Below are positions 23,201-30,273 of a stretch of 30,273 nt of DNA, piece after piece (the stretch's first letter is position 1; every line of letters starts with the position of its first letter). This stretch comes from a virus. Its lineage: Duplodnaviria > Caudoviricetes. Below the pieces are notes generated by a model. That model saw only the letters and a program-made list of their open reading frames with translations. It was not told where the DNA came from and did not search any database. The DNA lies in IMG/VR virus record IMGVR_UViG_3300014658_000138, positions 1 to 30,273 of that record; one strand, 5' to 3'. A program made the position numbers and the translations under genes.

Positions 23201-24138
23201 TATTCGAACATCGAAACCTTATTGCCGCCTGTCGCCTGCTGCTTGCGTATGTGCGCCTTCATCTGTTTGGCGACTTCGAGGATCTTCTTGCTGTCGCCCG
23301 AATCCTCGACTTGGTCATAAAGCCTTTCGAGCCGCGCCCACTCACGCTCCCATTCGGGGGTGTTCTCTTTGTCAGCATCAGCGCGCTTCTCCGCGTCCTT
23401 CCGCGGATTGTCGCCGCCCTTCGCGTCGGACTCCTCGTCGTCTTCCGCGCGCTCGTCGCGCTGGTGCTTGGCAATGGTGTGGTGAATCTCTTCCTGCGTA
23501 ACGGTGTCGTCGCTCCGCCGCTCCTGCTCCTGGGTGCGGAAGCCGGACGCGATGGGATGGCCGTAGTCGTCGGAGCGACAACGCGCCTCGTACGCGTCCA
23601 TGCGCTTGACCAGCTTCTCGGTCGTCGAGACCATCTTGTCCATCTTCTCGGCGGACATGTTCGGATCGGGCTTCATAGCGTCGTCCCTCTTGGCATAGCG
23701 CTCTTCCTTCTTGTCCTGCGCGATCTTGGTCTTCAGCGCGTTGACTGCGGCCTTGGATTCGCCGGACTGCGCCTTCGCGGCGGGATCGGGCTTGTCCTCG
23801 GCCTGCGGCTCGGAGGTCTGCTTGGTCTCGACGACGTGCTTCTCACCGTCCTTGGTCTGGCGGGTCTCTTTGTTGTGCGTCGTCTCCTTGGAGCGGGACT
23901 TAGATTCCTGCTGCTCCTCGGCGTCGCTGCATCGATTGCCTTCGCTGGACTCATAATCCGCGGCGTCCGCATACCGATCCACGCGCGACTTGAAGCGCTC
24001 GACGGCGCTCACCGCTGCGTCGATCTTCTTAGCGTCGAGTGTCACTTGCGCACATTCCACGGGAAATAAGCAGCCCAGCCGATGAAGTGTCTCTGCGCCG
24101 AGAAGAACTCTCTGACGCGAGGGATCTCGCGCAACCAA
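23200..24138 (-). CDS. Highly charged hypothetical protein, candidate internal head protein (start uncertain: TTG 24138 or GTG 24045)
   Basis: AAAGGA RBS before the TTG; two copies of the scaffold-like K[IM]D..R[VM]D helix; many R-x-D-[AD] motifs. Confidence 0.75.
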   Translation of the reverse strand: MVARDPSRQRVLLGAETLHRLGCLFPVECAQVTLDAKKIDAAVSAVERFKSRVDRYADAADYESSEGNRCSDAEEQQESKSRSKETTHNKETRQTKDGEKHVVETKQTSEPQAEDKPDPAAKAQSGESKAAVNALKTKIAQDKKEERYAKRDDAMKPDPNMSAEKMDKMVSTTEKLVKRMDAYEARCRSDDYGHPIASGFRTQEQERRSDDTVTQEEIHHTIAKHQRDERAEDDEESDAKGGDNPRKDAEKRADADKENTPEWEREWARLERLYDQVEDSGDSKKILEVAKQMKAHIRKQQATGGNKVSMFE

Positions 24139-24150
24139 GAAAATCCTTTC

Positions 24151-25737
24151 TTAGCGTCGAGCACTGGCTACGCTCCGCAGGATGGCGTCCACACGCCGAT
24201 CCAGATCACCGATGCGAGCGGTATGGCTCTGTAGCCCTTTGTTGAGGTTGTCGGCAAGACGATCGTTACGTCGGGACTGGATGAGCTTGACGACGCTGTC
24301 GACACGTGAATTAGGGGACGGTGGTTTAGGCTCTTCACCTGCAACCCCAACATCTTCCGTAGCGCCGCTCTCAGCCTTCTCCAACTCATACTGCTCCAGG
24401 ATGTCGTAGTCGAGGTCGAGCGTGGCAGAGATGATGTGCTGGAACTCGTTGACATTGTCGCATGCCCACTGAATGAGAGTAATGCGGTTGGCGGGGTCGA
24501 GGATCGGAGCGAGGATTTCTACCAGCTCGACGATCGACTTGAGTTTCACCTCGTCGACCTTGATCAGCTCGCTCTCGGGCTCGCGGATCAGCGAAGGATG
24601 CGCCGCCTTGAAGGCGTTCTGCCACTTCTTCAGCGCGGTCGTGTAATCCATCCGCGCATACTCGGGGTCGCGCGCCTTGATGGAATCGAAGAAATCGGGG
24701 TTCCACGCGCGATGCTGCACAATCTTGTCGGCATAAGCGTAAGCCGGGCGCATCCATTTCTGCAGCCGCTCGATGTAGCCGGCGACGTATTTGCTGTCCT
24801 CGGTGCCCTCGCCGAAGCCCTCCGCGAACGTCTCCTGATTGAGCAGCTTGGCCGGCATATCGTCGCCGGCCGCGATGGTCTCGAGAATGTTCTTGCGCGC
24901 GAGAGAGTACGCGCCTTCAAGATTCGTCAAGTCGAGCGACTGCGCATCTTCCTCGGGCGTGATGCCGAGCACGTTGTCGACCACAGCTTCCTGAAGCAGC
25001 GCGCGCTTCTGACCGAACAGGATTTGCATCGCGCCGTCGATCACCGATCCCGCCGGCTTCATCTTCGCGACCAGCAGACCCGCCTTGCGCGCGACCATCA
25101 TGTCCGTCTTCATGCACCACAGGAATGCTTGGAGCGGGTAGACGACGCGCTGATAGACGCTGCGACCAACGAAGCCGAAAGCGGACGTGGTGTATTGAAT
25201 GTAGATCGGGCGCTCGTTCATGAACACGACGCAACGGTCTTTGGAGTACCGCTCGCCCTGAACCACGATGTCGTTGGTCTTCATGAAGTCGATGGCGTTC
25301 GGGTTCTGGTTGAGAACCAGTGACCCGGCCGTGTTCAGCGGATCAAAGATCGAGAACGAAATGTTCTTCTCGTAGAGCTTATCGAGCGGCATCATCGCGT
25401 CGGACTTCATGCCGTCGATGATCATTGCCAGCGAAGCAATGCCGTATGTGCGCGAAGTACCAGCGAGCTGCGCGATGTAGGTGTCCATATTGTCGGCTTC
25501 CCACTGCTCGAGAAACGCTTCGCGAATTCGTTCCTCGGAGGGGACGGCAATATTGATCTCGCGCGGTTGGCTCATCGCCATCTTGACCGGCGCGTCGACC
25601 ATCTTGCCGCCGATCGGATGGTACGTATAGATCGTCTTGCAGAGCTGATAGCCGGGCTCCTCGCCGGGCACGATCTGCCCCGCCTGGAGAAATTCGGCGA
25701 GCGGGCCGGAGATCGTGGGGCCACCGAACCAGCTCAT
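24151..25737 (-). CDS. Portal protein (DUF1073-like, 528 aa)
   Basis: Size and position after the terminase; GRSVYQR, IAAGDDMPAKLL and GFGEGTED motifs. Confidence 0.85.
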   Translation of the reverse strand: MSWFGGPTISGPLAEFLQAGQIVPGEEPGYQLCKTIYTYHPIGGKMVDAPVKMAMSQPREINIAVPSEERIREAFLEQWEADNMDTYIAQLAGTSRTYGIASLAMIIDGMKSDAMMPLDKLYEKNISFSIFDPLNTAGSLVLNQNPNAIDFMKTNDIVVQGERYSKDRCVVFMNERPIYIQYTTSAFGFVGRSVYQRVVYPLQAFLWCMKTDMMVARKAGLLVAKMKPAGSVIDGAMQILFGQKRALLQEAVVDNVLGITPEEDAQSLDLTNLEGAYSLARKNILETIAAGDDMPAKLLNQETFAEGFGEGTEDSKYVAGYIERLQKWMRPAYAYADKIVQHRAWNPDFFDSIKARDPEYARMDYTTALKKWQNAFKAAHPSLIREPESELIKVDEVKLKSIVELVEILAPILDPANRITLIQWACDNVNEFQHIISATLDLDYDILEQYELEKAESGATEDVGVAGEEPKPPSPNSRVDSVVKLIQSRRNDRLADNLNKGLQSHTARIGDLDRRVDAILRSVASARR

Positions 25738-25970
25738 CGAATCATGTCCCTGCTCACAGCGAACGTCAGCGCCTCAAACGGCCCGCACTGAAAAGAAACG
25801 TAGTACCAGAGCACGCAGCTCTCCGAGAGCATCTTCTTCTTAACTATCCCTTCGCGTCCGATCAAGCCTTCGAGCGTGACGCGATTGGCGCTGTGGGCCG
25901 GGACCGCGATGAGACGCACTCGGTCACCCACGTTAAGCGCACCAGAATAGTTCGCGACCTTGCCGCTCAT
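25734..25970 (-). CDS. Small hypothetical protein, SH3/KOW-like (78 aa)
   Basis: TAATG and ATGA coupling; LNVGDRVRL...GREGIV...YYVSF. Confidence 0.6.
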   Translation of the reverse strand: MSGKVANYSGALNVGDRVRLIAVPAHSANRVTLEGLIGREGIVKKKMLSESCVLWYYVSFQCGPFEALTFAVSRDMIR

Positions 25971-26179
25971 TATCGATCGATCCACGCGCGCATTGCCGGA
26001 GTCGGGAGGCCGTAAAACAAAGAACATTGCCTCTTGATTCTAGTTTGCCCGTGTCCTCCAGCGGAGCACCATCTGTCTAACCACCGATAGATCGCATACC
26101 GAGGAGGACGACCTCGACGAGGAGGATCGCGAAGGCGATCCGCAGATACCAGATCTCGAGGCGTTGCACGGTCAAGCAT
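25970..26179 (-). CDS. Small basic hypothetical protein (69 aa)
   Basis: TAATG coupling at both ends. Confidence 0.45.
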   Translation of the reverse strand: MLDRATPRDLVSADRLRDPPRRGRPPRYAIYRWLDRWCSAGGHGQTRIKRQCSLFYGLPTPAMRAWIDR

Positions 26180-26682
26180 TATTGCGCGGCGAGCTTCACG
26201 AACACGCGGCCCATCTCGCGCCATGCCGCGCGGTCCGATTCATCGCCGTCGAACTGCGGGCCGAACTCGACGATGCCGTCTCGTGAGATAACGGCCACCA
26301 GATTGCCGTCCCGCGGCGTGGGCGCCGGCACGTCCTTTTCGACATAGGTGAGCGGGTTCGGATCATCCCGATAGATGAGCGCGAAGAACTCGCCGATGGT
26401 GTTGGGCTCGCCCCACCACTTGCCGACCTGAGGCCAGATAACGGTCATGGCACGCTCGATTGTCCATCCCGGCGCGACGTCTACCTTGCCGCGCGGATGG
26501 ATGATGAGGGCTTCCGCGGTCGCATCTTTGATGGACGCATCATGATATTGCAGCACCAACGCATAAGTGAAATGAGAGTCCATCGGCAGGCTCTGTCCAA
26601 CGACAGCTTCCTGCGCCAGCGCCGGAACCAGCGGTGCCACGACCGCGGCTGCGCCGAGTGCTGTGAATGATCGTCTGTTCAT
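26179..26682 (-). CDS. Hypothetical protein with twin-arginine (Tat)-like signal (167 aa)
   Basis: ATG 26682 is 1 nt after the terL stop with a GGAGG RBS; MNRRSFTALGAAAVVAPLVPALA-QE. Confidence 0.7.
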   Translation of the reverse strand: MNRRSFTALGAAAVVAPLVPALAQEAVVGQSLPMDSHFTYALVLQYHDASIKDATAEALIIHPRGKVDVAPGWTIERAMTVIWPQVGKWWGEPNTIGEFFALIYRDDPNPLTYVEKDVPAPTPRDGNLVAVISRDGIVEFGPQFDGDESDRAAWREMGRVFVKLAAQ

Positions 26683-26683
26683 C

Positions 26684-28018
26684 TCAAAACCCTCCCGCAT
26701 CGCCGAGTCCCATCGCGATGCCGTACGTGAAACAATCCAACAAATCATCCGCGCGCTTCGCCGCGTCCTTGTCACCGATGCGGAAGCCGACGACTTGGCT
26801 GATCAGGTGATTGCGCGTCGAGCCCTTATAGTTCACGGTTTTAGCGTAGCATTTCTCGCCGATCTTGACCAGACCTCGATATACGTAGCCGCTCACCGAG
26901 ATGGCGCGCTCGTCCTTGCCGACCGCCGTGAGCTTGGAGTCGATCGCCTTGATGAATGAGCCATACTTCTTCTGACCCTGCTGCACCAGGATCATGCCGG
27001 ACGCCTTGTCCTCGATCCACACTCCCGCCGGGCCGCGAATGCATTTGTGCTCGTTCGCCAGCGCCTTGAGCGTCTCGACGACATTCGGCAGCCAGGTCTC
27101 GAGCACGGCGCCTTCTATTTGGAGAACATCATAATCAAGAAGAACGAGTCGACAGCCAGAAGCGCGGGGATTACGATAGTAAGCAAAATAAATAACAGCG
27201 GTTCCATCATTTTCCTTCCCCGTCTTGACGGCGGAGTCGATGACGGCGAACACCGTATCGCAATTCGGCGGCACCGCCACCGGCGCGTTTCCGACAAGAA
27301 GAGAGTCTTGCGAAAAGAACGCCGCGCCTGACCAGTCAACGAAGTCGGCAAGGTATTCTTGCTGGTAGACGAGCGGGTGATTGTCACGCTGAAGCTTCTC
27401 GACTTCCTCGCGCGGCATATAGGGGTTGTTCGCGGTCGGCGCGTGGAACTCCGCGAAGCCGAACTCGGAGATGGTCTCGCCTTCTCGCGGGCAGATGCGG
27501 TAGAAGAAATTGTCGTCGGAGATGCCTGCGGTGTTGCTGGTCGCGACGCAAGTCCCGCCAAGGTCCAGCAATGTCGGCTTGATCGAGCGCTGCCAAATGT
27601 CGATCATATTAGGCTTGGCGAATGCCGCCTCGTCAATGATGACGAGCTTGTACTTACGCGACCGACCGGCGCGCTCATTGTCCAGCGACCAGAAGTCGAT
27701 GCGGCCACCGCCATACAATCGCATCACGCCTTCCATCTTGGAAGACTGCACAATCATCGGGTCGAGCGTGGACGCAAGTTCGTTGTAAGCTTCACTGACG
27801 AACTTGTATTCCGGCGCGAACCAGCCAACCGGAAACCCTTGCAGCGCGGACTGCGAAGCGAGGATCTTCGCCAAGTCGGTCTTGCCCCAGCGCCGGCCGC
27901 AACGCACCGCGGTGAAACGATTGCGCTCGATCACCTTGAATGCATTGATCTGATCCGGATGCGGTTCGGGCAACGCGATGCGCTTGTCGAACTTCGGCTC
28001 TGCGACGGCGACGTTCAC
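26684..28018 (-). CDS. terL: Terminase large subunit
   Basis: Walker A CGRRWGKT, Walker B VIIDEAA, YQQEYLADF, and nuclease acidic motifs IDSA..TG...D, IEDKASG, DDLLD. Confidence 0.95.
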   Translation of the reverse strand: MNVAVAEPKFDKRIALPEPHPDQINAFKVIERNRFTAVRCGRRWGKTDLAKILASQSALQGFPVGWFAPEYKFVSEAYNELASTLDPMIVQSSKMEGVMRLYGGGRIDFWSLDNERAGRSRKYKLVIIDEAAFAKPNMIDIWQRSIKPTLLDLGGTCVATSNTAGISDDNFFYRICPREGETISEFGFAEFHAPTANNPYMPREEVEKLQRDNHPLVYQQEYLADFVDWSGAAFFSQDSLLVGNAPVAVPPNCDTVFAVIDSAVKTGKENDGTAVIYFAYYRNPRASGCRLVLLDYDVLQIEGAVLETWLPNVVETLKALANEHKCIRGPAGVWIEDKASGMILVQQGQKKYGSFIKAIDSKLTAVGKDERAISVSGYVYRGLVKIGEKCYAKTVNYKGSTRNHLISQVVGFRIGDKDAAKRADDLLDCFTYGIAMGLGDAGGF

Positions 28019-28509
28019 TTGTTCTCTTCCGTCTTCACGAAGCCGCCGGTCACTTGCACTCGCAGCACGCCGCCGGAGCCATCGTCATCGTGGCGATCGC
28101 GCCAGATTGTCTTGCGTCGATTTTTGAGCCAGAAGATGCAAGCGGTGACGTCGGGCGGGACGTGCTCGATGATTTCTTCTTCTGTGATGACGCCGGTTTC
28201 TTTGTCCTTGACCTTGATGTAGCGCTTGCGCGTATAGCCTGTGGCGCGGTGGTATAAGCTGCGCTCCACGCGATCGTCGGCGGGCTCACGGCCGGCCTTT
28301 AGAGCTTCGGCAAAAGCTTTGTGTTTGACCATCCAAACGTAGATGGTCGGTTCGCCCACTTCCAGCAGCTCGGCGATCTCGTAATTTGTCATACCGTTCT
28401 CGGCGGCCTGCCGAGCAATCACGACGTACTTCGGATCGTACTTGGTCTGCCCGGCATTTGGATTTCCAGGACCACCAACGCCGTACTGATTACCTTTCGG
28501 TGCTGCCAT
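28015..28509 (-). CDS. terS: Terminase small subunit
   Basis: APKGNQYG, HTH, VERSLYHRATGY and PPDVTACIFWLKNR motifs; GTGA-coupled to terL. Confidence 0.9.
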   Translation of the reverse strand: MAAPKGNQYGVGGPGNPNAGQTKYDPKYVVIARQAAENGMTNYEIAELLEVGEPTIYVWMVKHKAFAEALKAGREPADDRVERSLYHRATGYTRKRYIKVKDKETGVITEEEIIEHVPPDVTACIFWLKNRRKTIWRDRHDDDGSGGVLRVQVTGGFVKTEENK

Positions 28510-28616
28510 GATCCTTGCTTTTCAGCGCTCTGCGCCCCACCCTCGCCGCGCGAGAATGGTAAGTTGAAAGAAAACCCGAAAGCGATTTCTCTTCGTCTGG
28601 CGCTGCGCTACGCCAT

Positions 28617-29108
28617 CTAAGCAGCGATGAGATCTTCTTCCGGTATCGCGATGAGCCGTTTGGCTCCCAGCATGTCAAGCAAGACCTGGCAACGCGAGTG
28701 CGCGCCCATGCCCTGATAGATTCCCTCGAACTCCCGAAACACGCCATTGATGGCGCGCACCTTGTCGCCACACGTGAACCGATCGGGCGCGAGGGGCAAC
28801 CGTACGAAGCCGTCTTCGTCGTGCATCGCACGCAGCTCGTCGATAGCCTCGTCCGCCACCAGCGCTGGGCGCTCGTTGGCCATCAGCAGCCGGGTCACCC
28901 CGCGCACCCGAGCGAGCGAACGCCATTCCTCGCTCATGGCCGCCAGGAGGTAGCCAGGGAACAGCGTCTCGCGGCGCACCACTCGGCGGCCGGCGACGAC
29001 GCGAACCCTTTTGATGGCGGGGAGGTAGCAGGTCGCGCCACCGCGCGTGGCATAGTCCTGCGCGATCCGTTCGCTCGAAGGGGCTGTCTGGGCGACCAAC
29101 CAAGGCAT
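28617..29108 (-). CDS. NusG/RfaH-like transcription antitermination factor
   Basis: NGN domain (WLVAQT.P..E, LFPGYL, RGV..L) plus KOW domain (GDKVRAINGVFREFEG...RCQVLLDMLG); GGGAG RBS. Confidence 0.9.
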   Translation of the reverse strand: MPWLVAQTAPSSERIAQDYATRGGATCYLPAIKRVRVVAGRRVVRRETLFPGYLLAAMSEEWRSLARVRGVTRLLMANERPALVADEAIDELRAMHDEDGFVRLPLAPDRFTCGDKVRAINGVFREFEGIYQGMGAHSRCQVLLDMLGAKRLIAIPEEDLIAA

Positions 29109-29208
29109 GCGCGCGGAAACTCCCCTCCCAGGGCGAATCGACTGGGACCCTTATCGCTCGGAATGGACCAAAAGGAAAGCCCCTCGAATTCACGCTAAGT
29201 TCTGACCC

Positions 29209-29322
29209 AGAACCAGAACCAAAAAAAGAACCAATTCCCTACCTCCTAAGGAATAAAGCTCCCCTTTCTCTTGCGTCTTTATTCCGTGGGGGGTAAGGAA
29301 AGGGGTCGAAATTTGGTTCTGG
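29209..29322. repeat. Long imperfect inverted repeat with AGAACCA iterations; candidate terminator and/or origin
   Basis: Nested pairs 29213-23/29312-22, 29235-46/29289-300 and 29250-58/29277-85. AGAACCA occurs three times direct and once inverted; a T7 tract follows on the minus strand. Confidence 0.6.
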
Positions 29323-29371
29323 TCGTCTTTTTCTCCAATGATTACGGTGGAGGTGTTTACGCACCTTTCAC

Positions 29372-30273
29372 CTAAAAATTGGGCCTAGGTCCGGTCTCGC
29401 CCGGCCCAGGATCGGGCTTGGTGGGGCTCAATCCGAGGTCGCGAAGTTCCTTCCATTGCATCCCGGCGTGGACCGCCTCCGAGCAAATTAGCTGGGCTTT
29501 GAACGCCGAGATCCCCCAAGGCTTGAATGCATGATTAGGAAATTTGTTGATGAACCAACCGCGTTGCCGGGCGATTCGTCGGATGGTCGCGAGCTTTTCT
29601 ATTCGGTCGTTCTGCCTGCCTTCGTAGAGCTGGTCCTTAATCAACTTTTGGAGGTCGGTGTCAAGGACCATCGCGCCTGTCCCATTCATTTTCTCCTTTA
29701 TCTGGTCAAGCGTCTTCGCGACCAGCATCTGACCTTCCGAATAGCCTTCCTCAATCATTTCTCGCTTGGTCGAGGACCAAGGAGCGTCCTCCCCCGGCGC
29801 AACAGGATCATTATTTTTCAGCCACTCCTGCATCCACCACTTGATGATCCCGAGCCCGCCGTCCTTGAGCCATTCATTGAATTCTCCCCACCAGTGAGGG
29901 TCTGACTTCTGATCAGTCACCTTCGGAACAAACCAACGTCGATCGTCCTCACTGAGCTTGAGCGCTCGCATCGAGTTCGAGCACGCGAACACGTGCACCC
30001 AATTGTCAATCTTGTAGACCGGTTGATTCTTCTGATTAACAGAGATGTCCGGGTCGGTGATTATCGACTTGAGTTTGTCATAAGCCTTGGAAGAGTGACC
30101 GGCATAAATTTCATGGACCACGGCGAGCCGCTTGTGCGCGATCCAATAATTGAACGGACTATCGACGATTTCATGCTCAGAAGGAGTGCTGACGTTTTCC
30201 TCTCCTACCAACGGGGCCAATATCTTGGCGAGCGTTCCCTTGCCCACCCCTTGCGTTTCGCTGATCAGCAACA
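29372..30273 (-). CDS. Primase/helicase, P-loop NTPase C-terminal part (DUF5906-like; 5' end outside the window)
   Basis: Walker A QGVGKG, Walker B-like VVHEI, KLKSIIT, FACSN and DDRRWFV motifs. Confidence 0.85.
   Translation of the reverse strand, partial: LLISETQGVGKGTLAKILAPLVGEENVSTPSEHEIVDSPFNYWIAHKRLAVVHEIYAGHSSKAYDKLKSIITDPDISVNQKNQPVYKIDNWVHVFACSNSMRALKLSEDDRRWFVPKVTDQKSDPHWWGEFNEWLKDGGLGIIKWWMQEWLKNNDPVAPGEDAPWSSTKREMIEEGYSEGQMLVAKTLDQIKEKMNGTGAMVLDTDLQKLIKDQLYEGRQNDRIEKLATIRRIARQRGWFINKFPNHAFKPWGISAFKAQLICSEAVHAGMQWKELRDLGLSPTKPDPGPGETGPRPNF

Noticed and set aside
7360-26775. Longest-ORF starts in the track (10179, 11441, 13099, 13916, 15182, 19086, 21175, 26775)
   Set aside because: Most run into the upstream gene, and 15182 lies inside the structured RNA. 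Downstream starts have coupling or an RBS, and several expose the signal peptides.
41-29905. Many long plus-strand and alternative-frame ORFs (e.g. 16237-17655, 17459-18862, 15276-16280, 24436-25323)
   Set aside because: They are shadows of GC-rich minus-strand genes with Arg/Val-rich, motif-less translations. The minus-strand set tiles the window with RBSs and start-stop coupling.
1-30273. CRISPR array, diversity-generating retroelement, integrase/att site, IS element, rRNA
   Set aside because: No spaced direct repeats, reverse transcriptase, TR/VR pair, recombinase, transposase or rRNA-like sequence was seen by eye.

Overview
The whole window is one minus-strand, GC-rich tailed-phage or prophage segment with tightly coupled genes, many joined by ATGA/GTGA/TGATG/TAATG start-stop overlaps. 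Reading 30273->1 it holds: the end of a primase/helicase; a NusG/RfaH-like antiterminator; terminase small and large subunits; a Tat-signal protein; portal; an acidic head-associated protein; a Mu gpF-like head protein; an endolysin with holin candidates; a Nudix + DUF2213-type head protease; a free-standing GIY-YIG/NUMOD3 endonuclease; scaffold; decoration protein; major capsid protein; and neck genes interrupted by two large accessory blocks. All family assignments come from motif recognition and gene order, not database searches. An alphaproteobacterial host is only a guess. Four observations stand out. (1) Six consecutive late genes (7360-13904) all carry N-terminal Sec-type signal peptides, have even cysteine counts and include virion-fibre-type modules, suggesting an exported, disulfide-bonded appendage system. 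(2) An exactly spaced 17-aa helix motif is shared by several head proteins and may be a procapsid-targeting signal. (3) A recurring [RK]-x-D-[SA] motif in the same proteins may mark maturation cleavage sites. (4) A tRNA-like RNA and a second branched RNA bracket the decoration + capsid genes.
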